NCBI GenBank assembly: GCA_050253415.1
Contig: JBFWJC010000001.1
Location: 128,001 to 192,000, forward strand
Direction: 5' to 3'
Origin: Pedobacter sp.
GTDB lineage: Bacteria; Desulfobacterota; Desulfuromonadia; Desulfuromonadales; Syntrophotaleaceae
Length of the DNA stretch: 64,000 bases
The position numbers and the translations under genes were made by a program. A model generated the notes under the pieces. The model saw only the letters and a list, made by a program, of their open reading frames with translations. It did not search any database and had not been told where the DNA came from. Shown in pieces: positions 1-10,638 of the stretch; the stretch's first letter is position 1, and each line of letters opens with the position of its first letter.

Positions 1-2
1 TC

Positions 3-1376
3 ACCGGATCCCAGCATCTGCTTGAGATTGACGGCAAAACCATCATGCTCGACTGCGGGTTGTTTCAGGGCAAGCGAAAGGAAGCGTTCGAACGCAACCG
101 CAGTGAATTTTGCCAGGGCAAGGACATCGATTACCTGGTCCTGTCCCATGCCCACATCGATCACTCGGGGCGCATCCCCTGTCTGGTCAAAAATGGCTTT
201 ACCGGCGACATCTTCTGTACCTCGGCAACCCGCGACCTGTGCGCCGTCATGCTTATGGACAGTGCCTTTATCCAGGAGATGGACGTGGAGTTCGTCAATC
301 GCCGGCGCAAGCAAAAGGGACAACGCCCCTTCGAGCCCCTCTATACCAAAGCGGACGTGGTCAAGAGCATGGAGCAGTTTGTGGGCCTGAGCTACAATAG
401 GCGCCATCAGCTGTTTCCCGGCGTGCATCTTACCCTGGTGGATGCCGGGCACATGCTGGGCAGCGCGCACGTCCTGCTCGACATCGTCGATCAGGCGACC
501 GGCCGGACTCAGCGCCTCGTATTCAGCGGCGATATCGGGAGGCCGGACATCCCCATCATCCGTGATCCCGTCCCGATCAGCGACGGCACCGATATCCTTA
601 TCATGGAGAGCACCTACGGCAACCGGCTGCATCCGCCCTACCCCGAGTCTGAAAAGGAACTGGAGCGCATCGTCAATGATACCGCCAGCCGGGGCGGTTC
701 GCTGCTGGTGCCGGCGTTTGCCGTTGGCCGGACCCAACAGATCGTCTATGCCCTGCACAAACTCCACAGCGCCTGGCGCATCCCCGATCTGCCGATCTAT
801 GTCGACAGCCCGCTGGCCACCCGCACCACCGAGATATTCCGCCTCCATCCCGAGGTTTATGATGCCGAAATCCGGGAGTTTCTGCTGACGGACGATGACA
901 ATAATCCCTTCGGTTTCGGCCGCCTCCGTTACACCCAGACCGTGGAGCAATCCAAGGCTCTCAACAGCCTCAAAGTTCCCGCGGTTATCATCAGTGCCAG
1001 CGGCATGCTGGAAGGGGGACGGATTCTCCATCACTTGCGCAATCGCATTGGAGACCCGCGCAACACCATCCTCTTGACCAGTTGGCAGGCACCCAATACC
1101 CTGGGCCGCCGACTGGTGGACAAAGAGAAGACCGTCCGCATTTACGGCGAAGAACACCCGGTGAGGGCCAAAGTTGAAATCCTGACCGGCTTCTCCGGAC
1201 ACGCCGACCGGGACGGACTCATGCATTTTGTACGGACCATGGAGAAAAAACCGCGACAGACCTTCATTGTCCATGGCGAAGACGACTCCTCCGAGAGTCT
1301 GGCCAATGCCCTGCGCACCGAACTGGGGCTTGGCCATGTCGTGATCCCAGAGCCGCTGCAATCTTTCAAGGTCTAG
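3..1376 (+). CDS. MBL-fold / beta-CASP metallo-hydrolase (YSH1/RNase-like), 5' end outside window
   Basis: Frame is open from position 3 (TGSQHLL..). Motifs DCG, SHAHIDHSG, AGHMLGS, SGDIG, ESTYG, PAFAVGRTQ, SGHAD and HGE are present. Confidence 0.9.
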   Translation, partial: TGSQHLLEIDGKTIMLDCGLFQGKRKEAFERNRSEFCQGKDIDYLVLSHAHIDHSGRIPCLVKNGFTGDIFCTSATRDLCAVMLMDSAFIQEMDVEFVNRRRKQKGQRPFEPLYTKADVVKSMEQFVGLSYNRRHQLFPGVHLTLVDAGHMLGSAHVLLDIVDQATGRTQRLVFSGDIGRPDIPIIRDPVPISDGTDILIMESTYGNRLHPPYPESEKELERIVNDTASRGGSLLVPAFAVGRTQQIVYALHKLHSAWRIPDLPIYVDSPLATRTTEIFRLHPEVYDAEIREFLLTDDDNNPFGFGRLRYTQTVEQSKALNSLKVPAVIISASGMLEGGRILHHLRNRIGDPRNTILLTSWQAPNTLGRRLVDKEKTVRIYGEEHPVRAKVEILTGFSGHADRDGLMHFVRTMEKKPRQTFIVHGEDDSSESLANALRTELGLGHVVIPEPLQSFKV

Positions 1377-1422
1377 GAGCCAGTCGGACAATACGGGTCG
1401 AAGCGAAAATCCGGATGTTTTG

Positions 1423-1431
1423 TGGTATAGT
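1423..1431 (+). promoter_or_regulatory. Extended -10 sigma-70-like element (TGgTATAGT)
   Basis: TG-n-TATAGT lies upstream of an RBS-bearing short ORF and a strong hairpin. Confidence 0.4.
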
Positions 1432-1483
1432 TTACATACCTCAAACGCAAAAGAGGTTCATGAAATCCAAAGGAGGAAGACAT

Positions 1484-1534
1484 ATGACTGTCTCTGATCC
1501 GCCGGGTTACTCAGGAGCATACACATCAAACTAA
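1484..1534 (+). CDS. Possible 16-aa microprotein MTVSDPPGYSGAYTSN (in-frame upstream ATG at 1460)
   Basis: Strong AGGAGG at 1471-1476, 7 nt before the ATG. No recognisable homology. Confidence 0.3.
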   Translation: MTVSDPPGYSGAYTSN

Positions 1535-1618
1535 AAGTTGCGAAACCTTGGGTTGCAGAAGTTGGGTAATCCACTCATGGTTCCCACGACGGGAATACGC
1601 ACAGAAAGAATACGATTG

Positions 1619-1650
1619 CAAAACGCCCCGAAGACCTTCGGGGCGTTTTG
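1619..1650. terminator. Intrinsic terminator, perfect 15-bp inverted repeat
   Basis: caaaacgccccgaag-ac-cttcggggcgttttg. Confidence 0.8.
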
Positions 1651-1981
1651 ATGTTACGGGGCTTATTCCACTATAATTTACTTTTCGAATGTAAAGAGTC
1701 CGCTCGGTTCACCCTGCGGGCTTTTCTCATATTTCGGGATTCGCCACGCGGGACACTGGCTTGTTTTCCGCGCGTTCGACCTATCCCTGTGAGGCCCCTT
1801 GGCACCAAGCCGTCACCCTGGCGAAAATCCTTCGGCTTGAGAATCTGGAAACCGACCTTAACACGCAATCAGACCACTGCCCATGATTTGCCTTTGACAT
1901 CACCAGTGCTAACCTTTTGAAAAGCTCAAAGATTTTTCTCTTGGGCCATTGGAGACCCGTACCCGGAATGTGGAGGATGGT

Positions 1982-2707
1982 ATGCATACGCAAGTGGATG
2001 AAATTGCTCCCGGCCTTTTCCGTATTTCAACATATATCGCCAAATTCGACCTCCAGTTCAACCAGTTCCTTGTCATGGACGACGAACCCCTGCTCTTCCA
2101 TACCGGCATGAAGGGAATGTTTGATCTTGTGCGCCAGGCGGTTGAAAAAATCCTCAACCCTGCGACCCTGCGCTGGATCGGATTCAGCCACTTTGAGGCC
2201 GACGAGTGCGGCTCGCTGAACTCATGGCTCGCCATTGCCCCTCAAGCGAAACCGATATGCGGTATTATTGGGGCCACGATCAACATCAATGATTTCACCG
2301 ACCACCGGGCACACGTATTGGCTGAGGGGGAAGTTCTGGCCACGGGTCGGAACCGCTTCCGTTTTCTGGAAACACCCCAGGTGCCTCATGGTTGGGATGC
2401 TGGCCTGCTTTTCGAGGAGACCGGCAAGACGCTCTTCTGTTCCGACCTGTTCCTTCAGAACGGCAATGTCGAACCATCGACGGAGAAGGACATCCTGGGG
2501 CGGGCAAGAGAATCCCTTCTTGGCTTCGAATCAAGTCCTCTGGCTAACTCCACCCCCTATACGACGAAGACCGAAAAAATCCTGCATCGCCTGGCGGACC
2601 TAGAGCCACAGCGACTTGCCGCCATGCACGGATCAACCTTCGTGGGAGACGGAGGCGAGGCATTGCGCAACCTGGCAATCATGATGAATGAGGTCTTGGC
2701 ACCGTAA
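1982..2707 (+). CDS. MBL-fold di-iron protein (FprA/ODP-like N-terminal domain, stand-alone)
   Basis: Motifs [24 protein letters not shown] and AMHG. GGAGG RBS precedes ATG 1982. Confidence 0.8.
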   Translation: MHTQVDEIAPGLFRISTYIAKFDLQFNQFLVMDDEPLLFHTGMKGMFDLVRQAVEKILNPATLRWIGFSHFEADECGSLNSWLAIAPQAKPICGIIGATININDFTDHRAHVLAEGEVLATGRNRFRFLETPQVPHGWDAGLLFEETGKTLFCSDLFLQNGNVEPSTEKDILGRARESLLGFESSPLANSTPYTTKTEKILHRLADLEPQRLAAMHGSTFVGDGGEALRNLAIMMNEVLAP

Positions 2708-2797
2708 TCCTTTGGCAGCGGCTTTCACGCTTTCTCGAATACCTTTCGACAGCTCGTTCAGGAATAACGTCATCAAAGTGACCATCTTTCGCATAGA

Positions 2798-2833
2798 AGA
2801 AAAGCCCGTCCGGATAACCAGACGGGCTTTTCT
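2798..2833. terminator. Bidirectional terminator between convergent genes
   Basis: agaaaagcccgtc-N10-gacgggcttttct. Confidence 0.8.
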
Positions 2834-2909
2834 TACAAACCAGGTTTCGCAAAAACTCCCGAGATCTCAACATCTGCGTCCGATGTTGGTCTCTGGTTAC
2901 AGATCAGAA

Positions 2910-3407
2910 TCAGTAGCGCCAGTTTAAAAAGACCATGGCGGGTGCTACTTCGTTGGGAAAATTACGGAACCATCTTTCGGTTTCATTCATAATGTTAACG
3001 AAGCCTATCTGCAGACCTTTGTCACAGGTATCGGCAAAATTTATAAGACCGAGTTGAACGCCGTGCAGGTTGCCCGCGTAGTTGAATGCTGACCATTGAA
3101 ACCCTGCGAACCGTCCGGAGGAATAATTGGCCAGCCATGCGAGTTGCGCACCTCTATAGTTCTGCGCATAATTGGCCAACAGCCCAAGGGACAGCCCGGA
3201 ACTATTGCCCGTCGAGCCGTTGACAATCCCAAGCGCTATGGCATTTTGCGGATTTTCACTCCAGATACCAAGCGTTACGCCGCTGATGTGCGTGCCTCTG
3301 GAATGAATGGCCAGGTCGGGGGTTAAGCTCAACTGAAAACCTGCTGTTTCAGCGAATGCCCCTGTAGCGAAGAAACAGCCTATCAATATACATAGCAATG
3401 TCCTCAT
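2910..3407 (-). CDS. Exported Gly/Asn repeat protein (LA_2272-like GxQxGxxN repeats)
   Basis: Signal peptide (AFA-E), repeats GAQLAWLAN / GVQLGLIN / GLQIGFVN, and an aromatic C-terminus (NWRY). Confidence 0.65.
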   Translation of the reverse strand: MRTLLCILIGCFFATGAFAETAGFQLSLTPDLAIHSRGTHISGVTLGIWSENPQNAIALGIVNGSTGNSSGLSLGLLANYAQNYRGAQLAWLANYSSGRFAGFQWSAFNYAGNLHGVQLGLINFADTCDKGLQIGFVNIMNETERWFRNFPNEVAPAMVFLNWRY

Positions 3408-3633
3408 TTTTCAGACCCTCCCTTTTGTTTGGTTGGAAATCAACTGCACCGAGCTTCCGGTATCCCACTGATAGCCACTGGAGCGGATGTTCTCTTGAAG
3501 TGTACGCGTCGCGGAAGGATTTTCAAGGAGAGGAAGGTGTAATCTGACTTTTGCAAACAACTTCCAGGAGAGGGGCGAAAGCCTTCAACCTGATGGAGGA
3601 TGGAGGATTCAGGTTCAGGCTAATTTTCTATAT

Positions 3634-4572
3634 TCAACGAATCCAACCCCTTAGCAAGGCGGCCAGGGTCAATCCGCTGACCAGAAACCAGAGAGTGATC
3701 CCCTGCAACATGGGACGAAAGCCAACATGCTTAAGTACCTTTTTACTTAGGCCCGCACCGACCAGGAACAGTGTGATAACCAGACACTGACGTGCGATGG
3801 CCGCCACGGTGCTCCATAGCCCCCGGTACTGGGGCACCAGTGTGGAGATCCCGGCGGCGACCACGAAACCGACGATAAACAGGGGAACGCGGGCTTTTTG
3901 CTCGGATTTTAAAACCAAAGCGACGGCCATCACCACCGGGGCAATCCACATGGCGCGGGTTAACTTGACCGTCGTACCCACGGCAAGGGCCTCGGAACCG
4001 TAACTGTACGCCGCGCCAACCACACTGCTGGTATCGTGGATGGCAAGTCCCGCCCACAGGCCGAATTGTTGCTGACTGAGTTCGAGGTAATGCCCCGCCA
4101 AAGGAAACAATAAGAGTGCCACGGCATTCAGGGTAAAGACTGTGGCGAGGGCGATGGCCGTTTCGTCATCCTCCGATCTAATAACCGGCGCCATGGCAGC
4201 AATCGCGCTACCACCGCAGATAGCGGTCCCCACCGCGATCAGGATCGAGGTGTTGCGGCCCGCATGGAACCATCTCCCGATCAGAGCCCCCAACGCCAGG
4301 GTCATGACGATACCCACCACCGTGTAAACCACCGAGCTTTTACCAACCTGCCACACTTCAGAGACGCTCAGCCCGAAGCCGAGCCCCACGACCGAAATCT
4401 GCAGCAGGTTCTTGCTCCAGATCGCGGACTGTTGTGGCCAGGGATTTTCAAGCAGCAGACTGAAAAGGATTCCGGCCACCAGGGCATGGGCGGTGGTGAC
4501 TGCCGGCAGAGCGCATGCAGCCAGAAGCAGAAAAAATAATATTTTTTGAACGGCATGAGCGATCATTGGCAC
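3634..4572 (-). CDS. YeiH/UPF0324 family membrane protein (putative sulfate exporter)
   Basis: Multi-TM protein with motifs GTAICGGSAIAA, AIHDTSSVVGA and VKLTR. Confidence 0.85.
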   Translation of the reverse strand: MPMIAHAVQKILFFLLLAACALPAVTTAHALVAGILFSLLLENPWPQQSAIWSKNLLQISVVGLGFGLSVSEVWQVGKSSVVYTVVGIVMTLALGALIGRWFHAGRNTSILIAVGTAICGGSAIAAMAPVIRSEDDETAIALATVFTLNAVALLLFPLAGHYLELSQQQFGLWAGLAIHDTSSVVGAAYSYGSEALAVGTTVKLTRAMWIAPVVMAVALVLKSEQKARVPLFIVGFVVAAGISTLVPQYRGLWSTVAAIARQCLVITLFLVGAGLSKKVLKHVGFRPMLQGITLWFLVSGLTLAALLRGWIR

Positions 4573-4796
4573 CCCCTCCTTGAATCAAGTCGCGAACAAT
4601 AATGAAGGCTATGTTGGCAATATGATAAGCACCCCACCCCCCATTGCCAGAATCCTTTACCCACCCCAAAAGGCCGAATACAAGCTGCCCGAACCTGCTT
4701 GTATAGCAGAAACAATAAAACAAAGAGCGTCGAAATTTGTAATTTTTCGTTCAGTTGCCTTCCAAGAATTTATTGGCAATCGGGGATACCTGGCAC

Positions 4797-6224
4797 TCAA
4801 CTAGAGGAACCAAGACTGTTCTCCGTTGATTTCCCGAGAGTCTCCAAGGCGTGTTCCACCCTGTCTGACCAGTAGGAGGCGTTGATACGAAAACAATTAG
4901 TAAAATTCTTTTTAAGTGTAAAAATCATTCCGGGAGCGATGCTAATACCATTCCGCAATGCAATTTCATAAAGTTTGTATGTGTCATAACCTTCGGGTAA
5001 TTCAACCCAAAGGTTATAACCCCCATTAGGGCGACTTGTCCGTGTCCCCTCCGGAAAATAAAGGCCGATGGCTTCTATAACACTCTCTATTTGTTTTGCA
5101 TAAATCCGTCTGACTTTCCTTAGATAAGAGTCATATCCACCGTTAATTAGAAATTCAGCAATAGCAAGTTGTGTCGGTGAGGCGGTGGCAATATTTGAAA
5201 GTGACTTGCGCTGCATCAGCTTTGACATAAATCTGCCGGGAGCAATCCAACCAACCCGAAAGCCTGGAGCCAGAGTCTTGGAGAAGGAGGAACATTGTAG
5301 CACAAGGCCCTTTTGCTCGTAGGCTTTGGCCGCATTCGGACGGGTCTTGCCAAAGGCCAAGTCCCCATAAATATCATCCTCAATAAGAGGAATGTCCTTT
5401 TCTTCGAGAAGAGAGACGAGTTCCTGTTTTTTTTCTTCCGGCATGAGACTGCCCAGCGGATTATTGAAATTTGCGATAACGATACAGGCTGAAACGGAAT
5501 TTTGGGTGATTGTATATTTAAGAACGTCAAGATTCATGCCTTCTATTGGACATGAAGGGATTTCCAATATCTTCAATCCCATGCATTGTATGAACTTAAG
5601 GAAGGCCGGGTGAACAGGGGTTCCGATGGCTACCGTGTCTCCCGGTCGGCATACGCACTGAAGTGCAAGAGTTATCGCTTCTACGCACCCCGATGTAATG
5701 ATAATGTCTTCTGCCCCCAGAGAACATCCCGATAAGAACGAGCGTTTTGCAATCTGAGTACGCAAACGGAGAATTCCTTGTGTATCTGCATAGGAAATGC
5801 TTTGAACCCTGAAACGCTTTGATTCTGAAGCCAGCATCCTATTAAGCTTATCAATAGGTAGCAGATCGGGGTTGGGCATGCCAATCCCGAGGGGTAACAG
5901 CATTTGATTGGAAATGGTGTTTATCACCTGTAGAGCGGTATCGCCAAGAGTAACTGGTTTCGGTGTTATGTCTTTCGGGGAATGGCTTTTAGGCCGTTGA
6001 ATCCCATGGGGAAAAATAGTGGCTCTGACATAAAATCCGGATTGGGGTCGAGCTTCGATCAAGCCCTGGTTTTCCAGTTCCGCGTAGGCAGCCATCACCG
6101 TGTTTGCGCTGACATTCATCTCCCGGCTGAGTAACCGTATAGACGGTATCCGTTCACCCGGGCGGAACGTACCCTTTCCGATCATCTCTCTGATTTTCTG
6201 GCATACCTCTTCATATAACAGCAT
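4797..6224 (-). CDS. MocR-subfamily GntR regulator (wHTH + PLP aminotransferase-like domain)
   Basis: N-terminal GntR HTH (PGERIPSIRLLS..VSANTV..AY), NNPLG, EDDIY and the PLP lysine motif SFSKTLAPGFRVGW. Confidence 0.92.
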   Translation of the reverse strand: MLLYEEVCQKIREMIGKGTFRPGERIPSIRLLSREMNVSANTVMAAYAELENQGLIEARPQSGFYVRATIFPHGIQRPKSHSPKDITPKPVTLGDTALQVINTISNQMLLPLGIGMPNPDLLPIDKLNRMLASESKRFRVQSISYADTQGILRLRTQIAKRSFLSGCSLGAEDIIITSGCVEAITLALQCVCRPGDTVAIGTPVHPAFLKFIQCMGLKILEIPSCPIEGMNLDVLKYTITQNSVSACIVIANFNNPLGSLMPEEKKQELVSLLEEKDIPLIEDDIYGDLAFGKTRPNAAKAYEQKGLVLQCSSFSKTLAPGFRVGWIAPGRFMSKLMQRKSLSNIATASPTQLAIAEFLINGGYDSYLRKVRRIYAKQIESVIEAIGLYFPEGTRTSRPNGGYNLWVELPEGYDTYKLYEIALRNGISIAPGMIFTLKKNFTNCFRINASYWSDRVEHALETLGKSTENSLGSSS

Positions 6225-6288
6225 CTTGTCTATAATTTCCTTCCCGGTTTTATTACTTTGAAAAGTATACCTTTTTCATGATTTTCAG

Positions 6289-6383
6289 GCAAAAACAGAT
6301 TATGCGAAAGACGATGGCAACAGATGTAGTTATTAAAAACTGTTACCATTGAAAAGATTTAAAATTGTATCTACCTGTTTTTG
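6289..6383. promoter_or_regulatory. Candidate MocR operator region in the divergent promoter
   Basis: Clustered ACAG/CTGT half-sites (aaaaacagat, aacagatg, aaactgttacc, ttgtatct, ctgtttttg), including the inverted pair caaaaacag / ctgtttttg. Confidence 0.35.
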
Positions 6384-6523
6384 CGCGCAAAAAATATAAT
6401 ACACGAGGGTATTGCGGGGGATAAGTCCTACAGGGCGTGATGTTTATCTCTTGATTTCCCAGGACTTAAAAGGAAACAGTTCAAATCACCCCGCTCTTTC
6501 AGGTGACCTTAAACGGAGGATTT

Positions 6524-7522
6524 ATGGAGACTTCTGTAAACGTTAAACCATCGCTAGCCATCTCTATTCTCAAAAGTGGGCTTAACGTTAACGTGCCTAT
6601 GTTTCTCTGGGGGGCTCCCGGAATAGGCAAGTCCCAAATCGTGGCCCAGGTGGCCGCGGATCTGAACCTGCCGTTGATCGATATTCGCGCAGTCCTGCTG
6701 GATCCTGTCGATTTACGCGGCGTACCTTCTGTTGAAAATGGCACGACCCGTTGGAATCCTCCCAATTTCCTGCCAACGGAAGGCGAAGGCGTGCTTTTTC
6801 TTGATGAACTATCCCAGGCACCTGATTCGGTGCAGAGTTCACTGCTGCAGCTTGTTCTTGATCGCAGACTCGGGGAATACCGCATGCCTGATGGGTGGAG
6901 AATTCTAGCAGCGGGAAACAGAGTGACAGACGGCACGTTCAGCAGGAAAATCAGCAAAGCATTAGGTTCCCGTTTTGCTACCCATTTGGAGTTGGCCGTC
7001 GATTTGGACGAGTGGTGCGCCTGGGCGATCGATAACAATGTACCAGCTGAGGTTATCAGCTTTTTGCGCCTTCGCCCCGACCTGCTTCACAATTTTGAGG
7101 CCAAGGCACAGGGTAATTCCTTTCCGTGTCCACGGGTCTGGGCCAATGTCGGTAAGTTTATGGGCAAGTTGCCTTTCGAGGCGGAACTGCCTTTTTTCGC
7201 GGGAGCGCTGGGGTTTGGAGCGGCCGCTGAATTTACGTCCTTTTTGCAAATTTACCGCGACCTTCCGGATATAGAGGCTATCATGCTTAACCCTGACGAT
7301 GCTGAGGTTCCCAAAGAACCTTCTATCCTCTATGCGCTTTGTGGGGCAATGAGTCGAAAAATAAGTTCAGAGAACGTTTCGCAAGCCTTTCGCTACATGA
7401 AGCGATTGCCAACTGAATTCCAGGTAGTCTGGCTACGCGATGCTCTTCAAACCGAGTCTATGCTTGCTTCCAGCAAGGAATTTGCCAGCTGGGCAAAAGA
7501 TAACGGCGACCTGTTACTCTAA
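6524..7522 (+). CDS. MoxR-like AAA+ ATPase
   Basis: Walker A GAPGIGKS, Walker B LFLDE, sensor AAGNR and ALGSRF. GGAGGA RBS. Confidence 0.9.
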   Translation: METSVNVKPSLAISILKSGLNVNVPMFLWGAPGIGKSQIVAQVAADLNLPLIDIRAVLLDPVDLRGVPSVENGTTRWNPPNFLPTEGEGVLFLDELSQAPDSVQSSLLQLVLDRRLGEYRMPDGWRILAAGNRVTDGTFSRKISKALGSRFATHLELAVDLDEWCAWAIDNNVPAEVISFLRLRPDLLHNFEAKAQGNSFPCPRVWANVGKFMGKLPFEAELPFFAGALGFGAAAEFTSFLQIYRDLPDIEAIMLNPDDAEVPKEPSILYALCGAMSRKISSENVSQAFRYMKRLPTEFQVVWLRDALQTESMLASSKEFASWAKDNGDLLL

Positions 7523-7634
7523 CGTCTCCAAGGCAGCACAGTCATTTTCTACCATAACGCTTCGGCATATCTATCCACGTCCGTTACGGGAAACCTCGAC
7601 ATTCGTGAGAGATACTGCTCGGGAAGGAAATGCG

Positions 7635-8804
7635 ATGAACAAATCGTCAAAGATGGCAAAAGCGATTGCAAGGACGGTGCTTGATCACCCTTTTTTCGCC
7701 ACCCTGCTGCTTCGCATGCGGATTTATGAAGATACCGACACTAAAACCGCCTGTACCGATGGGAAAAAAATTCGGTATAACCCGCAATTTATCGATTCGT
7801 TGCACATCGACCAGGTTGTGTTTGTTCTCGCGCACCTTGCCATGCATGTTGCTCATTTCCATCCGCTGAGACGAGGTAGCCGAAAACTCGATAAATTCAA
7901 CAAAGCCGGGGATTACGCTATAAATGGCATACTTAAAGAAGCCGGCCTCAGCATGTTGCCCGGCGTTTTGTATAAAAAAGAGTTCGACAACCTTGCCGCT
8001 GAACAAATCTACGAACGCTTGCCCGGATCCAAGGGCGATGGTAATCGCACCGGTGCTGGCAAAGAGCATGACAACGACCAGGATGATGATCCAGGCGGTT
8101 GCGGTGGTTTCGAAGATGCAAGGAATGAGGATGGCAAGCCGCTGTCGAAAGCGGAAAGAGAACGTCAAGAAGCAGAAGTTACCATTGCAATACAGCAGGC
8201 CGCCCAAGCCGCCAAGGCACAGGGGAAATTCCCGGGCGCCATTGCACGCCTGGTGGACGAACTGATCCACCCCATTCTTGACTGGAGCGAAATGCTTAGA
8301 AGCTTCATCGATCGCACGGCCCGTAATGACTATTCGTGGAGCCAACCCAACCGGCGACACATCGCCAAGGGGATTTATCTTCCCAGCTTTCGCTCAAACG
8401 GTCTGAAGCCTCTGGTTCTGGCTGTAGATACTTCCGGATCTATCGGACAACGCGAGCTGAATCAGTTTCAGGCTGAGTTGAATGACATTCTGCAGAGCTA
8501 TCCCTCTACGGTAAATGTTATTTACTGTGACTGTGAGATATCAGGTACCGAGATCTTTACTCCGGATCAATACCCTGTGGTACTAAAGACAGCAGGTTTT
8601 GGTAGCACTGATCTTTGTCCACCTTTTGAGTGGGCTTTAAAAAATGTGCCCGATGCCGGCTGTTTAATCTACCTGACTGACCTCCTGGGAAATAGCCCTG
8701 AAGTCGACCCCGGAATTCCTACACTCTGGGTCAGCACAACCAGAGACCGGGATATTCCGGAGTGCTATCATCCGAAATTCGGTCAAATTGCCACCTTGGA
8801 ATAA
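7635..8804 (+). CDS. DUF2201-type protein: metallopeptidase-like N-domain + VWA domain
   Basis: TACTDG..YNP, HxxxH (HLAMH), DYAIN, an acidic/Gly linker, MIDAS motif VDTSGS, and IYLTD. Confidence 0.85.
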   Translation: MNKSSKMAKAIARTVLDHPFFATLLLRMRIYEDTDTKTACTDGKKIRYNPQFIDSLHIDQVVFVLAHLAMHVAHFHPLRRGSRKLDKFNKAGDYAINGILKEAGLSMLPGVLYKKEFDNLAAEQIYERLPGSKGDGNRTGAGKEHDNDQDDDPGGCGGFEDARNEDGKPLSKAERERQEAEVTIAIQQAAQAAKAQGKFPGAIARLVDELIHPILDWSEMLRSFIDRTARNDYSWSQPNRRHIAKGIYLPSFRSNGLKPLVLAVDTSGSIGQRELNQFQAELNDILQSYPSTVNVIYCDCEISGTEIFTPDQYPVVLKTAGFGSTDLCPPFEWALKNVPDAGCLIYLTDLLGNSPEVDPGIPTLWVSTTRDRDIPECYHPKFGQIATLE

Positions 8805-9501
8805 CTGGGTTTGTTTGGAGCACTCAAGTTGGACAGATCACGATGTCAGCCCGCGGAGAAATGATGAATAGGATAATCCTTCTTACGTTTATCCAGAGGG
8901 ACAGCATCAGGAGTATGCATCCTGCACTCTGGCAGAAGTGCCTTTACCTGGGCACCGGCAAGGTAAATAAAAATCAATACACATGGCGTTATTCCACGAC
9001 GAGTCAAACCGCTCTGGCTTTACGCTTAATGGGCTTGTGCTCCGTTGAGGAAGATATGAAGAAAACAAGCCTGACAAGTAAGTGTTTATACAACCCAGAA
9101 AACGCGTACATGAGTTAATAACAGGTATAAGTGAAATGCTGGGCGCCAAGCTCAGGTCGACCTTCGATGCGAAAAGGGAAATACCGTCGCTTAGGCGCCT
9201 GTTCCATAAATTAAACCTTACCTGAGATCAGGAGGGCTTTGCAGGTCTTAGTAGGCACCGGGTGGGCAAAAACCACTTTCATGGGCCAGGGGATGTATTG
9301 TGCCTGCTTGCCCCCCACTCTGGAGAAAAAATTATCCAAGGGATCAGTATCATCCCGGTTTTAAACATAGGTGTCTTTTCCATCGACTCATGGTTTGGCC
9401 GAGAATGGATAGAGAATTTTTGATATAATCGCACGCCGGTATAATTTGGAGTATTTCAGGCCGACAACTTATCCTCGGTCGAATGAGAAAGGACTTCAGA
9501 A

Positions 9502-10464
9502 ATGTCGTTGAAAGCCTGGTCTCAAATCATGACAATAGTACTTATAATGGTCATGTTTGCCCTGGTCGATGTTTATGCAGAAAAAGGAATCCTTTTTCCT
9601 GAGATCTCAGCTCTTGCTTTAGGTTTCTGGGTAATGGCCAAACCACCATGGACCGGCTCCCAATTTGCTATTTGGGCATCGCCAACGCTGGCTGCACTTA
9701 CCGGTGTTTTACTCCTACGATATACATCTTTTTCGCTCTTTTTTCTTATAGGCATCGCCTTTGTTCTTGTAGCTTTGCAACTCAAGCTTCTTCGTTCAGC
9801 CATTTTCCCATCGATTTCCGCAGCGATTTTGCCGATTCTCACCCACACGACAGACTGGCTCTATCCTCTTTCCGTAAGCATCCTGATGGCAATGATCGTT
9901 TTCGGCAGATTTTTTCTGGGTAAGTTCTCTCAAAAGGAAAACTCTGCAGACTCGCTGGTTAAAGACGATTGTCACAAAATATCCCAAGCCTTTCTGCCCG
10001 AGTTTTTCTATTGGGGAAAACTCTTGGCAGGCGTTCTGACTGTTACCGCTCTGGCCCTGCGTTTTCAATGCCTGTTCATGATTGCACCACCGTTGATAGT
10101 TGCCTTTGTCGAACTGTCCAGAGCAGAACAAACTTTACGACAAAGCCCTTTTAAAATCCTATTTTTACTGGCTCTCGCCGCTTGTTCCGGGAGCCTGTGG
10201 CTATACTTGGTCAGTACGATATTCCAAGGTCCCCTCTGGGCGTTCTCCGGCCTAGCCCTCCTTTCCGTCTTCGTTCTGTACAAAGTCCTGCAGGTATCTT
10301 TTCCGCCGGCTGCCGCCATTTCTCTGCTACCGGTTCTTGTACCTGCCAGCAACTTTTGGGAATATCCATTGCACATTTTGCTGGGGAGTTCACTTTTTAT
10401 TCTTATAGGGAAATTCTATTTCATGGAAGTTGAGCCAAAACCTACCCTGATTGTAGAAAATTGA
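9502..10464 (+). CDS. HPP-family-like integral membrane protein (two internal repeats)
   Basis: About 10 hydrophobic segments. FPEISAL / APPLIVAFVE and FPSISAAILP / FPPAAAISLLP are paired repeat motifs. Confidence 0.6.
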   Translation: MSLKAWSQIMTIVLIMVMFALVDVYAEKGILFPEISALALGFWVMAKPPWTGSQFAIWASPTLAALTGVLLLRYTSFSLFFLIGIAFVLVALQLKLLRSAIFPSISAAILPILTHTTDWLYPLSVSILMAMIVFGRFFLGKFSQKENSADSLVKDDCHKISQAFLPEFFYWGKLLAGVLTVTALALRFQCLFMIAPPLIVAFVELSRAEQTLRQSPFKILFLLALAACSGSLWLYLVSTIFQGPLWAFSGLALLSVFVLYKVLQVSFPPAAAISLLPVLVPASNFWEYPLHILLGSSLFILIGKFYFMEVEPKPTLIVEN

Positions 10465-10638
10465 GGGAAAAATAGATTGCTCGGCCGTTTGCCTTTTAGT
10501 GGTTGCCAGATCCATTTGGTTGATACTTGCGCCCCTGCTACGGTTGTCATGAAAAAGGAAAAGGCTACCCCAATTTTTCAGCAGACCAAGGATAGGACAT
10601 TATTTCTGACTTCGCTTAATACGGGGAGGTAACACGAT

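Noticed and set aside
1377..1422. Possible IS/MITE terminal repeat right after the MBL gene stop
   Set aside because: No partner inverted repeat, target duplication or transposase is visible in the window.
8762..9149. Short ORFs downstream of the VWA gene
   Set aside because: No recognisable motifs and overlapping alternatives on both strands, so a call cannot be supported.
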